This document shows positions 31,401 to 42,100 of a stretch of 64,000 nucleotides of DNA, piece after piece. Source of the DNA: a virus (taxonomy: Duplodnaviria > Caudoviricetes); IMG/VR virus record IMGVR_UViG_2894625894_000003, positions 32,001-96,000 of that record; one strand, 5' to 3'. How positions within the stretch are numbered: position 1 is the first letter of the stretch; each line of letters opens with the position of its first letter. The notes under the pieces are model-generated. The model did not search any database and had not been told where the DNA came from. It saw only the letters and a list, made by a program, of their open reading frames with translations. A program made the translations under genes and the position numbers.

Positions 31401-34400
31401 ATCATCTTCCCGAATGACATCCCAACTGATATGGGGCCGGCCCTGACTATCCAAAACGGGTTGACCACTGGCATCGGTAACGTAGCGGAGTTTCTTGAGC
31501 AGCTTGTGCCCGTAGGAGCTCACGTGAGCCGGGGCATCACCTGCCCGCTTGTGGCTCAGTACCTCTTTGGTGAAATGAGAAAAGAACTGGGCTACGAACT
31601 TATCGCGGCTCAGGGGCATATTCAGATTGAATTGCCGGGCGGGGTCGAAAAATTCGACGAGTTGTTTATCCCCTCCCGAAGCCAGCAGACCCTGCACCGC
31701 TTTTTCCTTGAAGCGGTCGAGCCGGATTTCCAGCTCCCCGTTCACCTCCCCCGTCACCAGCGTTTTCCAGGCCAGCTCGTAGGCATTTTTATCCCGAGCC
31801 GTCTGCAGCTGCTGCCAGAGTTTGCCCACTTCCAACGCTTTAATGGGTTTGCCCTGGTAGTGAACCACCAGTTCCCCTTTCAGCTCGTTGAGGGTAATTT
31901 CCAGCATCTGGGTCGGATCGACAATCTTGGTTTTACCAGAAGGGTTGTCAGTCTGCAGCCCGTAAAAATTGGCATCGATCAAATTGACGTGGTGGCTGGA
32001 TGCCCGGCCGAAGTCGAGCTGCCCGTCTTTAGCCCGAACTACATTCGGCGTCAGCATCTTGGAGGCAGAGACGGGCATCACCAGGTCGATACCAGCCTGG
32101 GGACCACCGTAGGTCCAACCCTGGTCGGTTTGGGTCCAGCCTTCCATACGGAGCCGCATCTGGTGCAGTTCTTTTTTGTTAGGCTTTTCCACCCAGAGTC
32201 GGTACTGCCAGTTGCCTGCTTCATCCTGCCAGGCCGACACATCCCCATCCTGGGAGCGGCTACCGGGCTGAATGCTGTACAGGGTTTGGAACCCCGTCGG
32301 CAACCGTCCTCCCCGGCGGGCAAATTCATCGGCCGAAATCACCACCGGTAAAGAAGTCATCTGCCGGCTTAGCAGTGTATCCGACTTTTTGAGGTATTTC
32401 TGCCCATCGGCCCCTACCGTTTTGATCGAGTTAAAAATGACATCATTGTCGTACATCTGCTGAATCTCCTCGGTCGACAGGGGCTGGCCCGTCTGGATCT
32501 TGTCCAGCATCCGGGCATGCGGTACCGACAACCGGGCCTGCCCCCAGAGGGCATACCGGTAGCCATCAACAGTGGTCCAGTTCTGGGCATCGGCAAACTT
32601 GATGTTGTCACCCGTCAGGTCCGATTTCAGCACGGGCTCGTCGGTGACGATATAGCGGAAATGGGTAAGGGGCCGGGTGATGCCTAGTTCCGGAGCCGTC
32701 AGTTGGGAGGCAAACGCCCCGATGGCCGCATTTCGGCCCTTGAACCGTTTGAACATATCACCCCCGTCATTTTTATAGGTCAGGGCCGGATCGCCATGTA
32801 CCATGCCATTGAGGGCGTGGGTGTTCAGAAAATCAGACAGCAGCTTGCTGTAGAGGTTTTCTTTCAGGACCGCTTCATCCCAGCTCCAGCCGGTGATTTC
32901 CTTGGTTTTGGGATCCCGAATGACGCTACCCGCCGTTACCATACCCGTCTCGGCATCTCCTTCCAGAAAGGAGCGGTGAAGCAGCAGATCATCCTGGCCC
33001 AACACGCCATTTTCCAGCAGGATCTGCCACTGGGCATCCAGGGCTGTTTGAACACCTTCCTGCAGCCAGCTTTCCAGCTGGGTCAGCTCCTCAAAGGGAA
33101 CACCCCGCATGGCAGCCAGTACCAGGTTGTTGGTAACCTGTTCAGCACTAGGCGCCTGATCCCGGAAACCAAGGGCCGTCATTCGACTGCTGCCCGCCAG
33201 TGCCCGTACTGAATCTGAGAACTCCAGTGCCCGAAAACCTTTCTTGGGCAAATACAATGTCTGTTCAGGCTGGGTTTCGGACAGGGCTGGCAAGGTGACA
33301 GCTTTAAAGTCTGTTGCCTTACCGGTATTGTAACTTTCGTACTGCTCGGAAAGTCGGCTGGGGTCAAACTCAACGGCTTCCAGCTGTCGGTAGACGCGGG
33401 CAATCCGTTCGTATTCGGGCCGGATCGTTTGCTTGAATAGTGTCAGGGCCTGCTTCGAGAGCTGACCTCGGCTATAGAGATTCTTTAGATAAGGCAGCAA
33501 GACAAAGTCAGCCGTCCGGCTGGTCTCCAGATTGCCCAGGTAAACGGGCCGCAGACTCAGCCCCGCTCCGTTTTCCGATTGGGTAAAGAAGCTATTGAGT
33601 CGGTAGAGGTCAAATTCCCGGTCCGACATACTACCAAACGAGATGCCGTCACTGGCCGCCTGGTTGTAATCCCGGACCATTCGTTCTTTGCCATCCTCCT
33701 TGTAAGATTGCTGGCGGAGACCGTCGGCAGAGAAATGGATCATCTTGGACCGCATGGCCTGATAGGCAGGATCCCGGGCCAGTTTGTCCAGAAGCCAGTT
33801 CTGCTGATAGAACCCCAGGTCCTCACTCAAATAATGAGTAAACCCGTCGGGGTCCTGCCGGAGTACGGTTCGGTAGCCTTCCAATAGAGAGTTCCAGTAA
33901 TCGAGGCCATCGGCATCCACCAGGTAGCGAAAGAACTGAAGGTGAAACGTTTTGGCCTGGTGGGCGTAAATGGTTTTTCCTTCCGCATTCTTGTAGTTGG
34001 ACTCCATAGCCGACTCATCAAACCGGGCATTACCTTTGGCCAGGTTACGTAACCGGCTCACCATCCCTCCTTTTTCGTCACTGGTCCGGGAAAACGGATC
34101 ACCTCCCTGCCGCAGCTGGTCGGCCAGCGCCTTGAGGAAAGGGCGGCTGAGGAGTTGGTTTTTCTCCAGATTCGTCATGGCCAACAGACTGGCATCGGCC
34201 GACGAGAGTTCCGCTTCGGGGAGCTTGGAGGCAGCCAGTACCGAATACCGAACGTAATCACTACTTAACCGGATACCCAGCTTGTCGAGCAACTGAACCA
34301 GTTGCCGGCTGCGGGTGGCTACCTGCCCACTGGCGGACACGGCTACGTCCATATCAGCCAGCTGGTCTACCAGAGCTGGGTCAGGGGTTGCCTGTTGATG

Positions 34401-36179
34401 GAAGGCGGATGCCCAGGCCGACACCTGGGTTAAATCCACCCGGTTGGTATTGGCATTAAAAAGTTCACCGTGTAGGGTCTCAGGATCAAAGAGCATGACC
34501 ATGTTCTGGCGAACCCAGAGATCAAAACCCTTCAGCACCCGGTTGAGCTTTATTTTGGCCGGGGTGGCCAGAATACGGTTGAGGTCCGTATCGGCCTGCG
34601 GGTTATGAACCGACAGCTGTCCGGCCAGGATGGCATCAATCAGTTGCTGACGGCTAAGGGTAGCCCCCTGGGCCATATCATCCACCAATCGGTCGACAAA
34701 GGCCCGGGTGTCCTCATTACCCGATAACTGAGAAAATTGGATCAGCCCTCTCAGCCGGCTTTCGTCCGAGCGGGTATTGCCCAGGCTACGGGCCAGGGCA
34801 TAATAGATCTTTCCGGCATCGACGGCCTGACGAACGGGTATATCCTGAAAGCCGCCCGTGGGCAACTGAATACGGTGAATCCGGGGATTACCCTGCCCGT
34901 CCAGTACCGGACGGCCCACCGTAGCAATGTATTGTTTGAGCCAGCTCGATAGTCCCTGGGGACCTACCTCGTTGGCTGCCTGCTCGAATCGGTCGAACTC
35001 AGAGGCTCCCCCATCGGTATCTTCATCGGTCTCAGCGGCCAGCTCCTGGTAGGATTTCATTCGGTCCAGGTAGGCCTGCACATCGGCAACGATCAGCGGA
35101 TACTGGGCGTTGGCAACCGTGGTTTTACTGGCACCAAACCCACGGCTCATGGTTGGTCGTAGTTGTTCGGCAATCAGCTTGTCCTTGGGTGTATCACTCG
35201 ACTGGTAATACGAAGCCCAGGTGGACAGGGCTGCTTCGATCCGACCCGCTTCAGAAAGATTTGGGAAGGCCGAGGTGTCCAGGGCCAATAGGCCAATGTT
35301 CCAGATCAATTGCTGGGATTCGGTAGAGGACATGGTATGCCCGTCTGCCCCCAATTCGATGAGCCGGGTGGCAGGAACGGTATCGTAGTCGGAGCTGGTC
35401 AGGATACGCGCTTTAGCATACTGTCCCTGGGCGATCTTGTCAAAAAGAAGCTCGGCCTTCTCCCGGTTTTTGTCGTAATAACCCAGTATCTTATTCAGGT
35501 ACCGGTAAAGGTTAGTAAACAGCCTGGCTACAGCCCGGGCCGTTCCCACACCTAAATAGGGTTTGAGTTGTTCTGTTAGTTTCCGTTGTAGGTTGTTGTC
35601 GGCTAGATCCATATAAGATCCGTAGGCCATACGAGAGACGAACAGACGAGCCAGTTCCTCCTCGTATAGCCGGTTCAATCCCGCTTCTTTGGAAAGAGCC
35701 TCGTAGGTTTTTGGGTAGACTGCCCGAGTAGTCTGGTAATGGTTTTCCAGACTACCCATTCCCCAGGTTGACAGCCGACTTTCCAGCAGGGCTTTACCGA
35801 CTCGTAAATATTCCGATTTTTCATCGGCTGGTATCAAACTACCGAATATCGCGTGGAAGCTCTCTTCCCAGACCTCGTCCCGGCGGATAGCTTTGCCGAA
35901 GTATAGGGCATTCTTCCAGAAGGCCGCCGACGTTTCGGGCGGAACCATGGCCGCTATCTCCGAGAGCTCACCCACCCGGAACTGATCCGGGTCGATGAGT
36001 TCGGCCATCATCTGCTTGGCCTCGTCCAACTGAAGAGCCGGACGGGTTAGATGGTTCCGCCAGGTTTGGTAGTCTGGCAGTAACCCATCGTGCAGAATCA
36101 GTTGGTTATATGTTTCCTGGAGACCAACCTGGGCAGTCCATAACTGAATATCCGGGTGGTTCAAATTTAAACAATCCAT
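25434..36179 (-). CDS. Virion-packaged RNA polymerase (crAss-like) fused to C-terminal SLOG domain and SF1 helicase
   Basis: GIRIPSQDKHS (~31080), catalytic GGDFDVDK (~30960), DTDEAKE; SLOG-like ~27420-27975; helicase motifs GYAGTGKS, MDESSM, GDPAQLPPV, TVHKSQGSTY, YVALSR; ATG 36179 (MDCLNLNHP) preferred. Confidence 0.92.
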   Translation of the reverse strand: MDCLNLNHPDIQLWTAQVGLQETYNQLILHDGLLPDYQTWRNHLTRPALQLDEAKQMMAELIDPDQFRVGELSEIAAMVPPETSAAFWKNALYFGKAIRRDEVWEESFHAIFGSLIPADEKSEYLRVGKALLESRLSTWGMGSLENHYQTTRAVYPKTYEALSKEAGLNRLYEEELARLFVSRMAYGSYMDLADNNLQRKLTEQLKPYLGVGTARAVARLFTNLYRYLNKILGYYDKNREKAELLFDKIAQGQYAKARILTSSDYDTVPATRLIELGADGHTMSSTESQQLIWNIGLLALDTSAFPNLSEAGRIEAALSTWASYYQSSDTPKDKLIAEQLRPTMSRGFGASKTTVANAQYPLIVADVQAYLDRMKSYQELAAETDEDTDGGASEFDRFEQAANEVGPQGLSSWLKQYIATVGRPVLDGQGNPRIHRIQLPTGGFQDIPVRQAVDAGKIYYALARSLGNTRSDESRLRGLIQFSQLSGNEDTRAFVDRLVDDMAQGATLSRQQLIDAILAGQLSVHNPQADTDLNRILATPAKIKLNRVLKGFDLWVRQNMVMLFDPETLHGELFNANTNRVDLTQVSAWASAFHQQATPDPALVDQLADMDVAVSASGQVATRSRQLVQLLDKLGIRLSSDYVRYSVLAASKLPEAELSSADASLLAMTNLEKNQLLSRPFLKALADQLRQGGDPFSRTSDEKGGMVSRLRNLAKGNARFDESAMESNYKNAEGKTIYAHQAKTFHLQFFRYLVDADGLDYWNSLLEGYRTVLRQDPDGFTHYLSEDLGFYQQNWLLDKLARDPAYQAMRSKMIHFSADGLRQQSYKEDGKERMVRDYNQAASDGISFGSMSDREFDLYRLNSFFTQSENGAGLSLRPVYLGNLETSRTADFVLLPYLKNLYSRGQLSKQALTLFKQTIRPEYERIARVYRQLEAVEFDPSRLSEQYESYNTGKATDFKAVTLPALSETQPEQTLYLPKKGFRALEFSDSVRALAGSSRMTALGFRDQAPSAEQVTNNLVLAAMRGVPFEELTQLESWLQEGVQTALDAQWQILLENGVLGQDDLLLHRSFLEGDAETGMVTAGSVIRDPKTKEITGWSWDEAVLKENLYSKLLSDFLNTHALNGMVHGDPALTYKNDGGDMFKRFKGRNAAIGAFASQLTAPELGITRPLTHFRYIVTDEPVLKSDLTGDNIKFADAQNWTTVDGYRYALWGQARLSVPHARMLDKIQTGQPLSTEEIQQMYDNDVIFNSIKTVGADGQKYLKKSDTLLSRQMTSLPVVISADEFARRGGRLPTGFQTLYSIQPGSRSQDGDVSAWQDEAGNWQYRLWVEKPNKKELHQMRLRMEGWTQTDQGWTYGGPQAGIDLVMPVSASKMLTPNVVRAKDGQLDFGRASSHHVNLIDANFYGLQTDNPSGKTKIVDPTQMLEITLNELKGELVVHYQGKPIKALEVGKLWQQLQTARDKNAYELAWKTLVTGEVNGELEIRLDRFKEKAVQGLLASGGDKQLVEFFDPARQFNLNMPLSRDKFVAQFFSHFTKEVLSHKRAGDAPAHVSSYGHKLLKKLRYVTDASGQPVLDSQGRPHISWDVIREDDPDYYRLSMSGIQTTELSDKRFFHTYTDGKLNASWAGTESEQSGDWYITARQAIESGNPYIIDRLRHVKPRWEAGAVTGYFSEMLLPPWEARMTGREEALRDMVGIRIPSQDKHSAMNMEWVDALPHYLGSSIILPAEVVELSGGDFDVDKEYTLKTEGYWKAGQFVAYGTQPTDEGNYEDYRKYVFSHTKVLTSLRKKALLDTPLYQTLQQRVADFRFQLDQIKGASQAGYQEIQQIKESMTRLLDLDGELDRDDRQFLFALSADKRDAYQTLSILNDVRRQLLEPTRELSSLIRQQENIIMAEFGLPTNVTDWLEKGGNLLNNGWVNNQLLALQQQALVNTQTLGGLDGDAIYNTPASLDALNELKDSAYTDTEGRKHSLFGQTSQPIALHWFGAHSRVHRGNMTGKGLIGIGVNGNLTLIRAMDLGVVINPNFLPRLNGFKTQALARGGALFQPMTKDATDPSRMTRVFDLISTIITADTDEAKEQLNAFFGLTDSSQGVVIQLIATGQYSLKEALLFVNQPVIQRYLQASRLKDYAVLRDSESSLRIQSRQKLLSELLGDTPFQDHELTYTTDQLTGLLLANRAGTSVPATDYQQLGVNPLGNPGLEAQILFDYVNLETMNNHLSDLTRFVKLKKGFGSDMASFDNLVTSRANLGYNQDGSLREDYEEYKNSRAVWVADALEAPVNKQKAAQLHNYIRRILPGQQALQQQLFLRRTPAFVGFQQRLEGQLGYLSTTDRERVADDVESYLLTTLYSHWLSQQDSPAHPSTSFKASLVFQTGDEPTMARAWSDFYRTELEPGLVAEADTGIPFQHPLRGNLLFRKVISQFGSEADGVDTLKFDSIAKLRPEEQEGLMDAFVDLYQYKNTAEEGYVGPRLAHQLFYYFMMKDGGQFRMGSISKIFHTAMFSDLSQMLNRFMETGSLASITGKPNEVYEDQLLNRVKLHAGYIPLLQKTRLPRADSELAKKVEAYKMLTGYSMDGQPMNLRGKTRPSMLAFDMNPLIAAENENQKVPLINSLGLRGDVEGVAFPRTITYRDRVYELFRYYDTAGSQQKADAAGSELAKGYRAVYLQSVPLGVRAVSPVTTDPQPMEESRKLLRHWIQSPGGEPIRNYYRSVLGTDLVEVPTTPVPTVDAVLTDFVNHSGGAQGADEAWDLEGERLGIKSIHYREPGQGSVDSMTLRNKGRKATPLDEAIYARGKEVADTIDKFFGENVDRGYGHYRYRNYGQVYYSDAVFAISKGFGTRAGRTNVPLDRGTIYAIYGAILDKKPVYVFDQTAGNWNTWNPATRTWEPTVTPTLTKNFAGIGSRDLKESGRQAIRDVLTKTANTVGKPVEPKEVPVVEAPKMDEPKTTTVTYNYYGQKVDVLLDENNRAFDALLNQGAGETHTKFKARVQKVVDAYNENNGQNPQTAGQPETETASAKTPSGPVFTFTDGTVIETGFELGSQQGAALQAAVDAIKAGQTQFVLRGYAGTGKSTISKFIVQYFRQNKKSGFKPIMLGAPTHKARLILKLSMLRGGIRAESFTMAKILNKRKEDGQWVLGMNNKMPQNGILIMDESSMIARSDYDDLMMLARQKGSSIIFMGDPAQLPPVGQTTLSDALQFTGPQDGVELTEVKRISSENPQLGILTTIRQNLLNRAEKYPMYTQKASNGDGVYFTKNRNAFQQALERAFTSTSYQTDPLFAKVLSYTNSSVAAYNRLIRTVQGKTGEYAVGDILMGYNQSGENPEVQNGMDYQILESEYIQKEIRIPFLIDGQPAPKVSLSGYKVSLQPLFTPEDQALMRELGEDDLLKPSRVTILNPEDPDNIPLFRQLVAWKSFVDNRSVPWKFRQAASKDFDDFFSTYQMPQDLVSFRGQMTTMGMLRKQHPELFEKDATGMMPFEREPQKAVFEKNIDYGYAVTVHKSQGSTYSHTFVDYDNLENTQADRVIQSKGQPYLNEQNALKYVALSRNRQTVTALSQKAEMAPQPPLSDTDQQINDCSTPA

Positions 36180-36189
36180 TCGTGGGTGG

Positions 36190-39100
36190 TTAATGACAGT
36201 GACGGATAAGAGCCTCAACCCGTTGGGCCAGCTCTACCGGAGAGAGGGTTACGTGCGTAACGGGAACAGAATCGGTGCGGGAGAACAAGCCACTTGCCGG
36301 ATCCGTCAGCAGGGCTCTGTGTTCGGGGTTCAGCTGGGGATCCAGCTCGTTGATTTCCGCGACAGCCGCCGGGTCGGCTTTCAGCATTGGTCCCCCTGTA
36401 AAAATCAAGCTGGGATAAGGCTGGCCCGTCTGGGGATTGATCCCCCCTGAGACTCCGTGCGTTGCTAGGACAAACGTACGGATTTTTTCGGATAATCCGA
36501 GATCTTTCAGCTCATTAGCCAGTTCATTTTCCAGTTTTTCTACTGGAATATCTATAGCCACTTCTTCAGCTATTTGCTGGCTGGTTTCCGGCTTAGGGGG
36601 TAATGCAACAACGACCCGATCTTCCCCTAACGGATTGTGTGTATCCAATTCGGAATTTACCCGTAGACGAGTGGTCAGGTTATTGTACATAAACACGACC
36701 GGGGAGGCAATCCGAACCGACCGGCTCAAGATGGTCTCGTCGAGCTTTAAGCCCCCCTGCCGAACACTAATCTCACCCAGCTCTAGGGTCTGCTTGCGGC
36801 TGGAATCCTGCCCGGCATGAAACGTTCCATTAGCTGTTGCTGTCAGTAACCGGTTCAGTTCACCCGGTTTACCCACTTGGCTGGCCGATACGTATTTGTC
36901 GGAATAGTACTGCTCACCGTTGTGCTTATACGTCAACCGCAGCACCGGTTTATCCTTCACTGTATCCAGTACCAGGTGTAAGTCGCTGATACCGGTTTGG
37001 GGAGCCCCGGAGGCTGCCACAAAGTAATCGGTGAGGTTAATCAACTGGGGATTTTGGGACAGGGCCTGGGTCAGCTGTTCATCGGCATAGGGGGACTCCA
37101 CGGGCAGAAACAACAGCTTACCACCAGGGGTGGTCACCAGTACATGATAACCCAGGTGAGGCTTGCTGGTGGTGTTGTCCTGGAAATAGGCCTGGACGGC
37201 TTTTCGAATCCGGGTCCGGGGCTGCTGATCCAGGGGAGCTTCGACCAGTGTGGATAAAAACGAACCGTACGTATCGACGATCGGACTGCGGGCATCCCCC
37301 TGCAGATGCACCACCACCGGTCCCCGGATCGCTCCCCCGGGACTGTCAAGAACCAGATCGGTGTGGACCAGACTGCTGATGGGTTGCAGACCGCCGGGGC
37401 CAGGACGATCCAGGGGCATCAGCCCGTGGGGATTTTCACTGACTTCAAGCCGACTTAGCAGACTGTTCAGCATACCTTCCGTCAGGGGTTGGTTGACGGC
37501 CTGTTCGAGAAGTAGATTGGCAAGGGTAGATCGAAGGCTTTCGTACTGCCAGTGAATAGTCAGCCACTCTTGCAGGCTTTGCCGAAATCCTAACCAGGGC
37601 CGGCCCGTCTGAGGATCCGTTTCCAGGAGGGCATTATAGACATCCTGGGTGAGCAGCCCCGACTCAACCAGCTCATTAATTAATATGTTGGACTGCCCAA
37701 GCCGTGGTTGTAGCGGATGGCTGGCTGGTAATCGGGTTTGTAGAAACCCCCTGGCCCGTTCGGATAATTCCAGACTATGATCGAGTGGAATGGAGAGAAC
37801 CAGCTGATTATCCAGACGGGCCGTTAGTAACCGACCGGGGGTTCGACGGGCCAGGCCCGGATCCCCTTTGAGCTCGGAAGCCGTTCGAACCGGCGTCGGT
37901 GCCTGGATTGCCCAGGACACATTCGACAGGATTGCCCGTTTGTCGGCTACCGTATCAGCGGGTACCCGCCAGAGCCGGGCAAACTTGGCCTTGGCCATCA
38001 GCCAGGCCGACATACGGTCGAGTAAATCCCAGTTTTTAGTTTGAATAGCCCCGGCAATATTAGTAAACTTGGGATCACCCTGGCGACCCAGATTGGCATC
38101 CCACTCGTCCCAGAGAACCGATTCGAGGTATTTGGATGCTACCGATCCTTCATCGCCCCGTAGGGTACGGTCGAGGGGAGGGGTTGGGGCTTTGGGAGGT
38201 GTGGGTGGTTTAGCGGTGATGCCCTGCCGCTGCACCTGGACCAGGCCAGCCAGATACGGGGTAAGCACACCCTGATCCCAGAAAGTCAGTAGGAGTCGTT
38301 TAAAAGTATCGGAAGTTCCTGCCAGGGCTGCATCCAGTTCGGCAGAACGGCGTATTTTATTGTTAGCCAAATCGTTCAGCAGCGCCTCTACCCGGTCGGC
38401 AGATACCGGTCCCTGCAGGGCAGCGGTCGCCAGTTCAGCCAGATAATCTTTATCGAGTCCCAGTTTATCGGCCAGCGATTCAACCTGATCCGACATAATG
38501 GTTTTATTGGTAGCCGGTCTTTCCTCAACAGGTGCCGAAGTGGGTACTTCAACGTACGGATCTATGGATGAGCCGGCCTGATCCCGGATGGCCTCTGCCT
38601 GCAATTGGGCCTCGATCTGGTCTGAGTAGGCCTGATAGATCTCCTGCTGCCGGTCGCTAAGCTGACGGCCCGATTTAAGGGCCGCTGTCAACTCCCGTAG
38701 AATCGGTTCCTGACTGGCGGTGGGTAATTTCCCCGTATCGACAAACTGATCCCAAACCTGATTGACAATACCCCCTTCTTCAGCCAACGGATCACGAGTA
38801 GGCGTAGTGGGCATGGTTGTCACCGGTCCCGGACTGGGAGCAGCAACCGGCGCCGGTTGGGGTAATGGTAATTCAGCCTCATACTGCTCTTTGACCAGAG
38901 CGAAGATGGTAAAGGCATCCCGGTAATTTTCCTGGGCCGCTACGGTTTTTAGTTTCCGCTCCAGCTTGACATAGCCGGGATCCAGGCTCTGACGGGCAAT
39001 GATGCCATTATCCGCTTTGAGATCCGTTAGTAAATCGTCCAGAAACTGCTTCCGCTCCGTTTGTTGCCGGCGGTGTTCATCCCGCTGCCGGGTTAACTCG

Positions 39101-42100
39101 GTGGTGAGTTGAGTCCGGGTAGCTCCCTCATCTGCCTGGAATTGGGGCAGGTAGGTATCGATTAGATCCGAGAGGTCATTCCCCAGAACGGCCTTCCGTT
39201 CGGTTTCATTGGCGAATACCCCACTGATGTGATCATGCAGGGATTGCCGCTGAGCGGCCCGACGAGCCGTTTGCTGAGCCTTTTCCAACACTTCCTTCTG
39301 ACGCTGGAAATCCTCGGTCTGAGCCACAAAGTCGGTAAACCCCCGCTGACTCTTGAGTTTATCGGATCGGTCGGCCAGTGTTTTCAGAGCTGCTTCCAGG
39401 GCCTGGGCATCGTGGGCCTGCTGTAAAAGACCTTTGGTCTGCTCGTTATCCTCCAGATTGACATTAAACTCACTGGTGGCCAGTACCTGCCGGGCCGTCG
39501 AGACAGCTTTGTCGAGGGGAAAATCTGCTGATTCCAGTTCCTCGATCCAGGTCTGTTGCTGATCGATTTCCTTCAACCGGTCCTCAAAGCGGTCCAGCAA
39601 GTCGGCTTCCAGTTCCCGGGTTAGCCGATCGGTCTCCTCGGCGTGTTGTCTCACTTTAACTCCGTGACTGGCATCGGGATTTTCGGGGGCCACCGGCCGG
39701 GAAGCCTGTTGCTGGAGATCGAGGGCCTTTCGTTCCTGGTCGATGGTTTGCTCGATGGTTTTCTTTTCCCGGGCCAGTTCCACCCGGCGGCTACGCCAGC
39801 CTTCGGGGGTGATGAGCTGGGTAAGGTCTTCCATCGTCAACCCACTGCCACTACCACTGATAGCCTGTCCCAGCGACTGCCGGCGGTCCGTATACGCTTT
39901 CCTGATAAATTCAGCGTGGAGCATTTCATTGTAGTAATCCTCCCACTGACGATAGAGGGTCTGCTGCTCGGCACTGGCATCGGCCGTGAGCCGGTATGGA
40001 TTTTTGTACAAACCACTTAAGCGGTCCTGAGCTTTTTCCAGTGTCCTCAACGTCTGGTCCATACCCTGTACGAGCCCCGAGAGTTGCTCCTTACTGAAGC
40101 TGCCCGCGTCTCCCAATCCAAAGGCCTGAGTAAATTCTTCGGGCCGCTGGTTGATCGTCTCATTCCAGGTTTTGAACTGTTCCCGGATCAGATCCCCAGA
40201 CCCTTGTTTGACAAATGGTAGCAGGAAATGAAACTGAGCCGAGTTTTTCAGGTTCTGAAAAACGAACTGATCCGACAGAAGAGCGGCATCCTTTTGTAAG
40301 GTAGTCAGGTTCATAGAAGCCTGAGCCTGCTGAGCTTTCTGGTCGAGGCTATTGCCCAGACTCTGGCGTTCCAGCAACATCCGGGCAGCCTCCTGTACGG
40401 CCACCGGCGACAGGTTGAACTGCCGGGCAATCTCCTCGAAGCGGGCTTTCTGCTCAGGGCCGTTCAGGCGGTCGACGACGTACTTGGAAACACCCCCACC
40501 AATACGGCCTACGATCAAACCACCCAACCCTTCGGTCCACCCTTCCCGGGTTCCGAAGGCCTGCTGTAATCCATGCAGAGCCGCTTCCAGGGCCAGATCC
40601 GTATCCTTTTTGGATACACCTGACTGCTGTAGCTGGTAGTAGTGCTGGCTGCCCTCTGAGATGGCCTTTTGAAACTGTTCTTCCAGCATCTCCGACGAGT
40701 TGCCAATAAGCAGCTCTTTACCCTCGTTTCGAGCAAATGTAGCCACCTTACCGAAGGCCTTCTCGTACCACTTCTCATTGGCTCCGAAGGTAATGAGGGT
40801 AGGCTTGTTGGGGACCACGTCAAGCTGAGCCGGGTTGCCCGCTTTCTGTTGAAGTCGGTAGAGGTCATCGGCCTGGCCGAAAAGACGCTGAGCCTGGGGA
40901 AAGTTTTTCAGAATCGTCCCCAGCTGGAAGGTATTGGTTACCCCCAATAAGGCATGGTTTAGCAGAAAAGTCGCATTACCGGCCTGCTTGGCGGCTTCTC
41001 TAAACTTGGCTTTCTGGTCGGCATCCGGCTGAGTGCCGGTACGTTGCCGGTAATCTCTCAGGAGCTGCTGGTAAAGTTCCCGTTCGGCCTGGTAGCCTTC
41101 CAGGGATGCCTCCCCATTCGCTTGCAGAAAACTGTGCAACAGGGGTTTGGCCCCTACCCGTAATCCGATGGGGGTGTCGATGCCATTCCATACCGCCGAT
41201 GCCCCCAGTAGCAGCTTGTCTCCCCGACCGGCCTGCTTGGCTGCCTGATAGGCATCGTCGAGATAGGTCAACGACCGCTCCACGGTGGAGAGCCCTTTAG
41301 TGAGTTTGGCTAGCCGGTTGGTCCAGCTGGCAGCTAGTATCCCCAGGCTGGCCCCTTCGGTTAAGGGGGCCGCTGCTGAGAGCAACGCCGTCTCAATCAG
41401 TCCCGTTGTCAGACCACCAGCCAGAAAACCAAAGCTGCGGGCCAGCGACCCAAAGTCATTCCCACCCTCTCCCATAAAGGGAACCAGGTTCAGGTTGGGA
41501 TGCTGACGAGCCCAGTCACTCTGGAAGTTCTGATGGGACTCGTCGATCCGGGTCATCCAGTCATTGATATTCCGAAGGGCGGATCCTTCATCGCCCCGCA
41601 TGGATTCGGTAAAGGCATCCAGCCCGTGGATGTTACCAGCCAGCAGGTCTTTGGTAGTTTTGATTAACGTAGGCAAACTAACACTCCAGGCCCCGACGGT
41701 ACCCAGGGTGTTGACTCCTACCATGGTAGTGTCGTTCCAGAGCTGCCCCCAGAAACCCTGCCGTGCATTGGCATAGGCTTCATTGTCCCGGCCTCGTAGG
41801 AAATCAAAACCATTCTGGTGAAGCCGGTTGGTTTCCTCTACCTCGGCCTCACTCATTGGATCGGCCCGAACGGCTATCGCCTGCGCATTAACGGGGTCTT
41901 TCTGCCATTCGTCATTTTGACCCTTAACCCAATTCATCAACCCCTGAGTCATCAAATTACTCCGGTCGGTATCGGTCAGTACAGAAGGGGCCGCTGGATC
42001 TGATAGAGTAGGCTCATGCCAGCTGGGTGCGGGTTGTGGCTTGGGATCCTGCCAATCTTGGGCAGCGATGTCGGGTCCACCCGGTGGTTCCATGCCGGGA

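Noticed and set aside
31332-32351. 339-aa + strand ORF and many other antisense ORFs inside the giant genes
   Set aside because: Shadow frames of GC-rich coding sequence with no recognisable motifs
36180-36218. ORF-track start of vRNAP at 36218 (also upstream starts at 946, 3926, 5415, 8744, 46053, 59146)
   Set aside because: These alternative-codon starts mostly overlap upstream genes; downstream ATGs give clean tiling or match the paralog
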